In this document: piece after piece, positions 1 through 12,926 of the stretch
Layout of the letters: each line of letters starts with the position of its first letter
How positions within the stretch are numbered: position 1 is the stretch's first letter
Assembly: GCA_951406725.2 (NCBI GenBank)
Contig: OX597817.1
Span: 139,128,001-139,192,000, forward strand
Reading direction: 5' to 3'
From: Octopus vulgaris
Taxonomy: Eukaryota
DNA: 64,000 nt
Notes under the pieces: generated by a model
Databases searched by the model: none
The model's input: only the letters and a program-made list of their open reading frames with translations
What the model was told of the DNA's origin: nothing
Made by a program: the position numbers and the translations under genes

Positions 1-116
1 TGTTAAATACAGGGATTTGCTTTATCCCTTGTGTATGTTTTGCCACCCTTTAGATGCGGTTTACAATCAACTAGGGTATGGGGGCCCCCTCTTGTTTCAT
101 TTGACAGTTTTCATTG

Positions 117-690
117 TCACCAACGACACCAACACTACAACCAACACCACCACCATCAACAACAACAACACTAGCACTACCCTCACAGCAACTGCCATGA
201 CCACCACGACGACAACGAGAAACGGAAACTACATCCAACACTCCCGAAAAAACCACCACCAACTCCTCCAATATCACTTTCAACGAGACAACGTAGAAGC
301 CGCGATCTGTTAGAAATAGCAGCTAAATTTCCCTGATATCATACCCTGCAGTGTGAATAAAGGACACTGAACAATGTACTCGAAGATATAGTGTCTAAAA
401 CATAGGTGATGGCCTCAGATGGAACGCCATTGATAATAGATCTAAGTCAAAACTGCTAAACAGCATTAACCTCCACACCACTACCACCACCATCACTACT
501 ACTACTGCTACAAACTACCACCCCAATCACCACCCAGTATCACCATACCAATAACCCCAGGCTATCACCACTGGCACCGTCACAACTAGCAATAACACTT
601 AAAAATATCTCCCACCCCACCTCAACGCATACACATCACCAGACCGCCAACACGCTACCACCGCCATCACCCCCAACACCACTCCGCCAC
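117..690. repeat. Degenerate (AAC)n/(ACC)n/(ACT)n low-complexity tracts
   Basis: Visible caacaccaccaccatcaacaacaac and ctactactact runs; they explain the Thr/Asn-rich ORF 17..313. Confidence 0.85.
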
Positions 691-1081
691 TTGGGAGGTT
701 CTCTGTACTGTTGGTTTCACACATTTCTTGCCCCTTGGCTTTGAATTAGTCCCGCTTTTCAAACACTTCACCCTTTCAGACTTACTTTTCTTTGTATGTC
801 TCTGTAGAGGAGGGCGTGGGCTTTGTGAGTGTGAAGGGCATGTGTGTGTGTGTGTGAAGTACATATGTGTGTGTGTGTGTGTGTGTGCGTACATTTTATA
901 TTATATATAACATACATACAATATATACGCATATACTCATATGTAACATACATAATATAGAAATTGAATAGGTATGAATGTATATAACATGCGCAATATA
1001 TATATATGTTTGTGTGTGTGTGTAAACCTATGTAGCAGGCATACAAATTTAACAAATTATTCGTAGAATGAAAGAATTATG

Positions 1082-1131
1082 AACAGCCTTAATCGATTTT
1101 CACACCTTATTGGAGTCTCGTCAGAGGTGTT
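1082..1131 (-). ncRNA. Candidate minimal type I hammerhead ribozyme
   Basis: Minus strand reads AACACCT-CTGACGA-G-ACTCC-AATAA-GGTGT-GAAA-ATCGATT-A-AGG(C)TGTT: intact CUGANGA and GAAA cores, bulged stem I, stem II with one mismatch, palindromic stem III AATCGATT. Confidence 0.5.
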
Positions 1132-1179
1132 GACACCGCTTGATCAATTCCAATTTACCAATCTGTTTATGTACACTCT

Positions 1180-1241
<62 letters not shown>

Positions 1242-1863
1242 CATTTCGGTCGTCCATAGTCTATAGACTGACGTGTGCAACTCCTTGTCAAATTGGAGTT
1301 AATTAAATTTCACCGACGATTAAAATAAACTTGTGCAGGTCCATATTTAATGCGCTCGTGTACAGGTTTTTTCTTATTCCAATACCCCCAAAATATAAAC
1401 TCCTTAAAACCCCTTCATCAAAATTTGCAAATTCACTGATATCAATAACTGTCCACTCAACAATAACTGTCTTGCTAAGGGCATTATGTAAAAATATACA
1501 GTTACAACGAACTCCTCCCCTAGGCCTATTTCTGAATGACTTCCAACCGCTTTAAACTGCGATACAACTCTCACAACTATTCCTTTGGACACTCCACTAG
1601 ATTATACCAAATCTCCCTAACCACCCACAAACACAAACTAAAAGGCAAATCTAGTCAAATTCCAGTCACTCTTTACAGAGTGACTGGAAAATACAACAAA
1701 AATATGAAAGCAACGGGTTATGTAACCTAAAAAAATTCTTAGCAACAAGAGCAGAAGATGTTTTTTAAGAATAGCCAGAGTGCACTGGAAATGGCAATAA
1801 GATGCCATAAGTCTCTGTTGTGATTGTACTAAGTTGCATAACGTACTATTTTGCATAAACTGT

Positions 1864-2685
1864 TGTAAGAAATAGGATCACGCTTGGTCGTATCGTGTAG
1901 GAAATACGATTGCACGCGGTTCTACTCTTAACGAATTATTCAAAGCCATAAAATACATACAAACGATAATAGAACATAAGTGAATTGACACAAGTCTTCT
2001 GTTGGTAGATAAATATTATTTATTTTACATATTTTACAATCATGTGGATTCTAAGAGTTCGTAAGCGTTAGCATGTTTTGTGTCTGTGTGTTCGGGTGGC
2101 GTGAAGCATACCCAAAGGTACTGAACATAGAATTAAGAATGGCATTTAGTTTACTGTTCATAGGGCAAGATGCTGGAATCTACTCGAGAGGCTTTCAGTG
2201 TTTGTATGGATTAGCGTAGCAACAGGTAGTAGCAGAGACAATCGCATATCTCTAAGTTGAGCAGCAGGGGCCTAAGTGAGTTCTTAGAAGAACTGGAACC
2301 CAAGACCTAAGTGTCTGTGAAACCCTGCTTTATATACTGTTCGGTTGGCTCACTGAACTCCAGAAAATGGAATTTTAACCGAAAGTCTTGATTGGCTGAT
2401 TCGCAATTATGGCGCGAAATAAGTCGAGACAATTCGCGTCACGTGTCCATCAGTGACGCGGACTTCGTAAGGACCCTCGTGTCACATGTCAAACAGTGAC
2501 GCGAAACACGTAGAGACCACTCGTGTCACCTGTCAGCCAATCAAGTTAGTGTTTAGAACAAGAACAAGTTGACCAAAGATGGTTGTAACCTCAAACGAGA
2601 TCATTTCTGCCTTGCCCTTCACTCAGTCAAGATATTAACAATCGCTATGGTCATATTCCAAAAAGGCTGAAATTGCCACGCTACA
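1864..2685 (-). mobile_element. Solo LTR of an LTR retrotransposon (822 bp)
   Basis: Termini TGTA...TACA; exact 4-bp TSD CTGT (1860-1863 / 2686-2689); minus-strand TATATAAA (2329-2336), CCAAT boxes, and minus-strand AATAAA near 2019-2024. Confidence 0.85.
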
Positions 2686-3425
2686 CTGTATAACGATGTT
2701 CTTTGGTTCTCGCTAATTTTGCTCATTTAAGTACGATTTGCTAATTTTTCAATTGTTATATTTTTCTCCATTATTCATGTCAGTCATTCTCAGTGGAATG
2801 ATGTTGAAATGAGGCTCTGAAGGCTGCTTTACATGTTGAGCTATTATTTTGAGGTTGTTTTTCAGCTGTAGGCTGAATTATTCAAGTTCGGTATGGCTAC
2901 CGTTCGAGAAGTTTCGTCGGATGTAGGCGGTATCACCATTTTGTAGTAATGTTATATTTGACATGTTTTAAACATTAATAAGAGAAAGGATTATCCTCAA
3001 CAATGTTTATTAATAACACTAAGCATTTTTAATCTACTTATTATACAATTTTAGCATGCATGTTATGTGTAAGAATAAAAAATAATGATATTGTCAAAAA
3101 AATGAGAACAATTAAATCTCATTTAAACGTAGAACATAGTCTCCAGTTACAACCGGAATTATCTCTTTGAGAGATGAGGGATGAAAATTATCACATTAAA
3201 TGCTATATATAGCCTTCAGCTGTTGTGCGCAAATTGACCTGCAGGGTTATCATAGGCCCACCAAAATGTTCTGTAATAAGTCCACGATGCCTTTTAACAT
3301 GTAAATTAAATTTTCTTTTTATCAATCACGGTTTATCAAAAACTGATATCAACGATGATTGTATAGAGACAATGTCATCAAACTTCAGAGACATAACCAA
3401 AATAACTCTGGTTAATATTACCAAA

Positions 3426-3841
3426 GGGTGGTGAGCTGGTAGAATCGTTAGCTCGCCGGGCGAAGTGCTTAGCGGTATTTCGTCTGCCGTTACGTTCTGA
3501 GTTTAAATTCCGCCGAGGTCAACTTTGCCTTTCATCCTTTCGGGATCGATTAAATAAGTGCCAGTTAGGCACTGGGGTCGATGTAATCGACTTAATCCGT
3601 GTTTCTGTCCTTGTTTGTCCCCTCTGTGTTTAGCCCCTTGTGAGTAGTAAAGAAATAGGTATTTCGTCTGTCTTTACGTTCTGAGTTCAAATTCCTCCGA
3701 GCTTGACTTTGCCTTTCATCCTTTCGGGGTCGATAAATTAAGTACCAGTTACGCACTGGGGTCGATGTAATCGACTTAATCCCTTTGTCTGTCCTTGTTT
3801 GTCCCTTCTATGTTTAGCCCCCTGTGGGCAATAAAGAAATA
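3426..3841 (+). mobile_element. tRNA-derived SINE with internal tandem duplication; central domain resembles the MetaSINE-type core
   Basis: A/B-box-like head; core gcctttcatcctttcggg.tcgat.aa.taagt.ccag present twice; 12-bp TSD AATATTACCAAA (3414-3425 / 3842-3853); many other copies in the window. Confidence 0.85.
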
Positions 3842-4499
3842 AATATTACCAAATATATTAATATCATTCGCCTGCGGTTTAGATTTTCTAACTGAAACAT
3901 TCCAGGTTTAAACTTAAAGTTATCTGATAGATGACAAGTCTGTTTGATCAGAGATAACCTGGGGCTAAACTTGGATCTTGTATAGCTTCATCAGAGTTGA
4001 TTCTATTGGAAGCATTCAGGTATAGTCCCAGGTCTGAAGATAACTTCCTCTCTTCCTTCCACTAATCTTGGAGGCATTGACACAGGGCAAAGATTTATAA
4101 CCCTTCCTCCTCTGCATAATTCATGGAAATTACAACAAAGTGTGTGTAAGAAAATACTAGTATTGATGTAATCGAGGAAGACAACTGGTCTAAAATGATT
4201 CAGCAGCTGACAGCTACAATCAGTTCTTTTCATTCATAAACACACAGTCAAAGAAGAATTTTCTTAAAATAGAAATTAATTATGTAAAAAAAGAAATTCT
4301 ATAAAAAATACAGAATGGCACTAACTTTTAGAACGAAGTTTTCGTATTGTGCGTAAGCTCTTTCTCTGTTTCAAACACTTGCGTTACGGAGTATACAGAT
4401 TACCCCACAACCCATAACACTTGTGTTTCAAAAATTTAACAGTAAAGACGCTTATATACAGTGCAAAAAGTTTCTTCCAAAAGATTCGTGTCATCGTTA

Positions 4500-7480
4500 T
4501 ACACACACACACACACACATAATGTATGGCGTTACAATCTGTGAAACTCCACAATTATATGCACATACTGATGCATGAACAAAAATGCAGGTGTGTGTAT
4601 GCAGATGTATGTACTTAATATCTCTCTCCCTCCCCCCCTCTCTCTCTCTCTCTCTCTCTGCGAGTGTGTATGCACACATATTTTTATGGATTTGCATGCA
4701 CAGTTTATTTCAGAGACCGGCATTAATACAAAGGAGGCAACGATTATGATTTTCCTATAAGTTACCTTCCATGATCTGTATATTTCTTTATCCCAAAATC
4801 CCGTACAGTCTATTTAGCTTCCTGTATTCTCATCCAAGATGGAGATGAGTGCCAACATTCCCACATGGGAGGTTTAATAATTATTGAGAGATTTCTCTCT
4901 ATATGAAACCGTCGGTGGCGTTGTTAACCTACAAATATAGAATATTTATCCACCAATATGGCATTGAGCACTCATTCTCGCTATTCAACATTAGCGTAAA
5001 AACTCTTCCGGCGTTCTTAAACACCGGATGAGCACTAAGCACGAACGCAGACTCAAAACAAACCATAGATAAACACGAAGGGAAAACATCCCTGAAGAAT
5101 ATTCCTTTACTACCATCAAGAATCTGATCGGTAAAACAGAAAACGCCCCGAGGAGTTAAATAGAAGGCATATTTTCTTCAGTAAAGCTACGTTCAGCCTT
5201 CGTTCAGAGGATCATTACGGTTTTTGATTTTACAAAAAAAAAAAAGCACTACATATTAAAGACTTAGATAGATTCGAAGCTGACCCCCTAAAACTAGTTT
5301 TAAAATGTCAAATTCAACCACAGATCTAACAGCTTCCATCACAAACTATAAACATTTCTTGAACCTTTTAAAAAGTATTCAAATACATTCATAAAAGTAG
5401 ACAAACCAAAAGACGTTTATGAGGTTGATCACTGCACGCATAGCAGTTAGGTGTGAAACTTGAAATCGAAGACAGAGCAGAACGACATACCCCACCTAAA
5501 CTTTTTGTAATCCTGAAAGACCACAAAGACAATTTTGCACAAAACCCTAGCAGTAGACTGATAAATGCCACGGAAAGCGAATTAGGTATTGTCAACAAAT
5601 CTATACTAGACGTCGTTATACGACTCATACGAACCTTCATAAACCTTACTCACTGGATATGTAGCAGTGCAACTATTGAATGGTTCAAGAACATTTAAAA
5701 TAAACCCGAATGCATATTCATCCAGCTCGATATTGTGGAGTTTTACACCACACTCTTGAAAAGCCTGCTTTAAGAGGAACTTCAGTTTAGTAAAACATAG
5801 GTAATAATGAATGCAAAGAAATCATTACTTTTTCATGTTAATTCCTATTGGGTGAAAAAGAACGGGGATGAGCTATTTGAAATCGCTATGATGGTGCAAG
5901 GAGCGAGGATCTGGTTGTCTTTTACTTCTTAGATGTCCTTAGATTTTACTTCTTAGATGTCCTTAAAAGGAGATAAAAGGTGACATAGGGCTATATAGGA
6001 ATGAAGTTCTTGGGATGGTACATAACAAAAATGGATAAGGAAAAAGTTACACCAACTGAACCTAAGAACAACAACATTAACCTTAAAGAAGTTAATTTCC
6101 TAGACATTAACATGAACCTTAGTACAGGCAAATATAAACCTACCCTAAACCAAATGAGGATACCTTCTATACTGACATAGGCTCTAGCTATTCACCGTCA
6201 ATTATCAAACAATTAGTTAATAGTATTAGTAGGCATGTTTCCAACCTACCCGCCGCTAAAGCTACTTTCAAAAAGGCTGCCCCATACTACAACACCGCAC
6301 TAGAAAAGTCAAACTTTAAGAATATATATTGAGCCAAATGTAGATACACCAAGAAGACGGAGACAGAGGAAAACTTTATGGTACATTCCACTATGTAGTA
6401 TGAATATGACTACTAACATAGCTAGAAAATTCCTGAAATTTATAGATAACCCCTACCCCACTCACAGAAATACCACAAAATCTTCAATAGCAATACCGTC
6501 AAAGTTAGCTATAATTGCCTCCTCAATACTGGTTCGATTATTTTCAACCACAATAAAAATAACAACAGTAGGAGCATTCCCCAAATATCCTGTAATTTTT
6601 TATCCCCGGACAGCTGTCCCCTGAACAACAGTTGCCTGGAAAAAGTATTTGTGTACAAGACCAGCATTACGGATTTGAATGGAACAACAAAATCTTATAT
6701 TGGAATGACGGGAAACACCTTCAAAGAAAAATATACACAGCATTTGGGTTCGTTCAGAGACAAAAGCAAAATAAATACATCTTTATGCAATATGGTATGG
6801 GCACTTAAAGATAGAGTAGTCAGCAACCCCAATATAAGCTGGGGTATTATAACTAAAGCGAGCAAATACAAGAAACCGAGTAGTAAATGTAAGCCCTGCA
6901 GCGCTGAAAAACTATATAATATAACATCAACAGTAAACTTTTAAATGTTAAGGAGGAAACCTTCTTCCCAGCATGTGCAAGTAACAATTCATTCTCCGAA
7001 ATTTCAAGGATTCTGTCATGAACTTATGCTAGATTCCCCCATTACACAGATATGTGTAATAGGGGAATCCAGATTGCACATACTCATGACACCAAATGAT
7101 TCACAGAAAAAATACACACACAACCGCATGGCCCATGTTTGGCATCAAAATCTGTAAAACTCCTGAATTATATGCACACACTCATACACGAATAAAACGC
7201 ATAATGCAGGTGTGTATGTATGTGTATATATATATGTGTATATATACATATGTCTTTCACAGATGTGCATGCACATATACGTGAGTATATATTATTATTT
7301 GCTTCTAAGTTACTTCTCATGATCAGTATATTTATTTATCCCAAAATCTCGTATAGTCTTGTTTAGCTTCATGTATTCTCATCTAAAATGGAGACCAGTA
7401 ACAACGTTCCGATGTGGGATGGTTGATAATTGTTGAGAGATTTTTCTTTGCATGAAACCATTGCTATCCTTCTATAAAAT
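4500..7480 (+). mobile_element. Decayed Penelope-like element (RT + C-terminal GIY-YIG endonuclease) flanked by direct pLTR repeats; Naiad-like
   Basis: LKDHKDNFAQNPSSRLIN (5453 ORF); Cys-rich CPLNNSCL linker; VYK...SYIGMTGNTFKEKYTQH GIY-YIG motif and CKPC (6651 ORF); diverged direct repeats ~4530-4930 and ~7140-7480; many stops and frameshifts. Confidence 0.85.
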
Positions 7481-7509
7481 ATATATATATATATATCTTA
7501 CCGTTTTAT

Positions 7510-7560
<51 letters not shown>

Positions 7561-7840
7561 TGCTGTGTTAAGGGAAATAACTCGATTGCACCAATGGCAT
7601 GCATTTGGATAGGTGATGATCTATTGAATATTATGCTCAATATTTTCAATTGAAATCTTTCTCCTACCGGCAAACATTAGAGACTGTCGACAAAAAGGAG
7701 ATAATTTCAAGAAATTGAAAATGAACTTTCAAACTAACAGACGCAGTCATCGAACAATACAGTCATAGAAGTGTGGTGATTCAAATACATCGGTCATCAC
7801 AGCAATGAAAAATACAAAAAAAAAAACTATATATAAAGTA

Positions 7841-8203
7841 CTAGCTCTATGACCCGGCAACACTGAGTCATAGTGCTAGTGAATACATATACAGCTGCGT
7901 GCGTGCGCACATACACGCGAGTACTGTCCAAATCTCCGACTAATCACATACAGCTAGCTGGCATTCATTTGGCGTATCAAGTTTCGGGCATTTTGATTGG
8001 CTTTTGGATAGAAAATTCACAGTCATTTCTATTGATTTTTTAATGGCTTTGCGGGGTTACTGGGGAAATTTAAAGATGTGCACGACCACCCTTGGACGGT
8101 TTTGAATGACCATAGAAAGTGCGAACCCTCTAAATGAAAAATTGTAGATTTGTATAAAAGATACACACACACACAGACATTTTGCCATTTATATATAGAG
8201 AGA
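7841..8203 (-). mobile_element. Non-autonomous Helitron-like element
   Basis: On minus strand starts TC after A, ends CTAG before T, has a subterminal palindrome and no TSD; reverse-complement copy at 62913-63279. Confidence 0.75.
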
Positions 8204-8399
8204 TATTACAGTAACTAACTTTGGCGACATGGTCTGATCATATAGTGACATCTGATTATAAGCGAATTATCTATTAGAAAGTTTGATTGGTTAAAATGTT
8301 TCTATGGATAAACGCGGTTTATGTCAACTGTATTATCACGCTTCGTTTTTCTGTATGTTGTACTTCAGGGTACACATCACTACACGACAATGTGTGATC

Positions 8400-10240
8400 T
8401 TGAATAAGACGTTCCCACGTAGATTGTTCTAAGTGACACTTTTTGAATGTTGTCTTCGGTGCCTTTGTATCTCCACGTGACCGAGAGCCAATCGCTTGTT
8501 CATCAAAGAAAATCTATTTAGAGAGTCTGGAGTCGGGCTACATGACCATTCTACAGCAGCTGGAATTTAATTAGGAAAGCATATATACTTGACTTACCAG
8601 CTTTCTTGAGCACAACCGTATTAGGGTTTGCCGCTTGATGTTGAGAATTTTTCGCAGATATGTTAGGTGAAAGTGGTAGAGATATTTTGCGTATCTTTGG
8701 TAAACTGTCCATCTTTCACGTCCATAAAGTAATGTGGTCACCACAACAGCTTTGTATACATCGAGTTTTGTCATTATAGTCAAATCAAGTCTTTCTCAAA
8801 CCTTGTCAAGGAAAAGTCCAAATGCAAAGCTGGATCTTGCAACCTTTGCGTTCATTTCATCATCAATGGAAACACATCTTGACGGTGCACTTCCAAGTTT
8901 GACGAGTTTCTTTACACCTTGGAGCGGATGATTGTCGACTGTTAGCAACAGAAGTTCATGTTTGAAATTGAAGCTGCTAACTCTATTAGTTCCTAACTTA
9001 CCCTACCATGTTCCTTCATCGGTTCTGACTCTGGCATTGAAGTTACCCAACAATATGAGTTCTTCTTTGGTGGGAATGGCTGTAATTAAGGACGACGCAT
9101 CTTTGTAGAACTTCGTTTTGGATGTTTGATCATTGGCCATCGTGGAAACAGCGGCTTAGAAGGTTGAGAAAATTGTTCCCTTTTGTTGATAGTCTCGGAA
9201 TTATAAGCCAATCATTTATAACTCCCGGGATGATGGTGAGGTTTTTTTCTCGGCTGTTCTTCGCTGCAGATGCTACACTAGTTTCATGCTTGTCATCCTT
9301 ATCCTTCCCTGAGCCGTAGAATGTGTAGCCAGACCTGTTTTCCTTAAGCAGCTACATCAAGTGGAGGCGCAATAGCCCAGTAGTTAGGGCAGCGGACTCG
9401 CGGTCGGAGGATCGCAGTTTCGATTCCCAGACCGGATGTTGTGTGTGTTTATTGAGCGAAAACACCCAAAGCTCCACGATGTTCCGGCAGGGGGGGGGGC
9501 GACCCTTGTTGTACTCTTTCGCTCCAACTTTCTCTCACTCTTTCTTCCTGTTTCTTGTCCCCGATTTCCTACGCAACCGCTGAGCCTGGATGCGCATTCA
9601 TCCATCCGTCGATGCTCTCGGTGTCGAGGGTTGACCTGCTTTCTCTTCTGCGGGTCTTACGAATAGCAAAGGACTACGTTTCGGACTTCTCCCACTGGGA
9701 CGAAGACCGCTTCGCTCAACAGCAACAGCAATAGCAGCTACGTCAATACTGTCCCTTGAAAATTCTTTCCTAACAAGAGCAACCTTCTTGCAGGTCTGTC
9801 ATAACGCTTGCATTCCATGCACCCAACTTCAGTGGTATACGTTGCGTCCTGATATTTTGAATGCGGTTTTGGGATAGCATTAGCCGTGGTCAGCTGACCA
9901 GGAAGAAATGAAGCAACAACTTTTGGGGATATCTTGCTCGTATTGAGAGAGGTGAGCCGTGAGTTCCTGAATAGGGCTGCTAACACCCTCAAGGGTCTGT
10001 CGGAGCTCAGGATTCCTTCTTTTACCAAACAACGACCTTATAACCGGAGCCGACTTGTGTGTGTGTTAGTTTGTGATCGACAGCTTCCAGCTTTGCAGAT
10101 TTGCTGTTATCGACATCCTTCCATCACCACAGGATTTCCAAATTTGTAAAGTTGCGCTGACTTGCACAAGGTTTTTAAGCTGAGGTAGAATCATGCAGCA
10201 GCTACCACACCCTCTCTTCCTGCTCTCCTGGTATCAAATG
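8400..10240 (-). mobile_element. Degraded, internally deleted RTE-clade (BovB-like) LINE interrupted by a SINE
   Basis: KLDVYKAVVVTTLLYG...FHL..LRKILNI post-RT motif (8571 ORF); AP-endonuclease N-terminal remnants (DRPARR, IDVAA, SGYTFY) at ~9300-9830; boundaries approximate. Confidence 0.7.
9361..9732 (+). mobile_element. tRNA-derived SINE
   Basis: tRNA-like head ggaggcgcaatagcccagtagttaggg...gtttcgattccc; 14-bp TSD AGCAGCTAC(A/G)TCAA at 9347-9360 / 9733-9746; paralogues at 20688-21059 and ~60425-60730 (-). Confidence 0.85.
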
Positions 10241-11049
10241 GAAAATCGGAATCAAGACAAGTGAGAGGTACTGCTGGATGCAAGAGCTGTCTGAATGAGA
10301 CATATCCATCTTACTACCAGAGAGGTTGCCACTCCTGATTTTCTTTCGGGGATATTTAGACTTAAATAAGCATAACCTACTTGGGAACAGGTGAATTTGT
10401 ATTTAGAGTTCTCTTCTAGCCTTAGCCTATGTAGACACACCCTCCGAGGCAGTAGAGGGTGAATTAGTAAGTAGAAGAGCCTGTCCACCAACTGGTAGGT
10501 CATGCACGCACCGAGATCTTTCACAGTTTAGCTTGGGACTCCAAGGAACTCGGTTTCCCATGACGCATTGCGAGGAGGTACTGTAAGATTCCTGACCGGC
10601 AGAATTACATTCTGTATACTCGCCAGGAAAGGACTTACAAATTCCATTTCTTTTAGCGTCAGAAGAGCTTGACAAGGGGCACCGCAGAGGGCGGAAACAT
10701 CGAGCTGAGAACACCAAGCATACCACTACAGTCTGCAGGACCTGCGTCAAAGGACACCACACACACACAACAAACTTGTAGAACACTGTGTTCATTCTTT
10801 CAATGGCATCCACTCTTTCTGAGTCTATTTGTAACATTAATATTTTCAGTATATTGACTTTCTTGGTGTTCAGCCTCATAGAATTGTTACATTTCTAAAT
10901 CTTTCGGAGAGATCTATATAGTAGCAGCACGATAAAGTGAAGGTATACTGTCAGCTTAATGTGGCAGTCCCAGGAAAGGGAAGAATGCTACAACATATCT
11001 ATATGTTTTCAAAGGCGAATAAGCATGGACAGCTAGCAAGCCATGCTAC

Positions 11050-11092
11050 TCCAGACTGATGATGAGCAATGACTCTGAAACTAGTCTCTGGA
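11050..11092 (+). ncRNA. Minimal type I hammerhead ribozyme motif
   Basis: TCCAGA-CTGATGA-T-GAG-CAATGA-CTC-T-GAAAC-TA-GTC-TCTGGA: 6-bp stem I, canonical cores, palindromic ACTAGT stem III, GUC cleavage triplet. Confidence 0.75.
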
Positions 11093-11479
11093 TGCTGACT
11101 TTGCTGGGTGGAGGTGCTTATCTCCCCTTTGAAAACAAGGACACAGAAAATGTGTCATGGCCAATTGGAAACGATGTTTCCTAGGGCTAAATAGTAGTAG
11201 TATTCTTCCCTTTCATGGGACCGTCATTACGTTGACAACATACCATCACTTTATGGAAGCCTCATATCATATGAACGGGTTATTAGAGTTGCTAAAGTTT
11301 GTCAGAGCTTCACTCATCTGTCGTTTACAGAGAACGCGAATAAAATCCTAAACTGGATTCGCAATTCTCTCCACTCACAATAAATGCCAAAATAATCATG
11401 CCGCAAGACAAGTGCATTTTGTGCACATGTTAATTCTAAAATACTGGAAATACCGGAGAAATATACAAGGTATTGTTGC

Positions 11480-11524
<45 letters not shown>

Positions 11525-11528
11525 TGTG

Positions 11529-11668
11529 ACGGAGTTCCTTTCAGTTTCCGTCTACCAAATCCACTCACAGACGAGAGTGGAAGACACTTGCTCAAGGTAC
11601 CACGCAGTGGGACTGAAATGAAACTATGTGGTGGGGAAGCAAGCTTCTTAACCACACCGCCACACCTA
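11529..11668 (-). mobile_element. tRNA-derived SINE fragment (CORE-like body)
   Basis: Minus strand ggtgtggcggtgtggttaagaagcttgc...gtggtaccttgagcaagtgtctt; related copies at ~28210-28350, ~53030-53190 and ~62130-62275. Confidence 0.65.
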
Positions 11669-11679
11669 AATACATGCAT

Positions 11680-12640
<961 letters not shown>

Positions 12641-12766
12641 ACTAATATGTGGAGGAAAAGCAGGAGCTAAAAGGATATTAGAGGGGTAGTGTAGAAAAGA
12701 AAGAGGAAAGAGTATAGATTTACAGGTGAAGACCGTCTGCTTGACGTCTGCTGTGATATACGAACG

Positions 12767-12926
12767 ATGTTAATGTTGATATTTTCACTGGCTTTGTTAG
12801 TTGTTGAAGTAAGTCCAGAATGTGCGGGCGGGGTGGATTTTCAAAACGTCCTCAATAGTTTCTACTTAAACAGCAATACTATCTGTCGGAATTCATCAAC
12901 GTTTGTCAACGCAATTTCTTCGAGAT
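12767..12926 (+). CDS. Probable first coding exon (signal peptide + propeptide) of the serine protease gene
   Basis: [22 protein letters not shown]... has a hydrophobic signal-like N-terminus; GTAAGT donor at 12927 is phase 1, matching the phase-1 acceptor at 30460; joined CDS is 903 nt and in frame. Linkage across a 17.5-kb intron is inferred. Confidence 0.55.

Noticed and set aside
7075-7110. ATGA...TGA motif as a SECIS element for the Penelope-like element
   Set aside because: Spacing is too short for a SECIS helix, and the visible Cys codons are TGT/TGC, not TGA
9361-9440. Bona fide tRNA gene
   Set aside because: The tRNA-like head continues into a SINE body with TSDs, and multiple diverged copies exist
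10660-10712. Hammerhead-like TTGACAA...GAAAC motif
   Set aside because: Two core mismatches and no coherent stem II or III; at best a decayed relic
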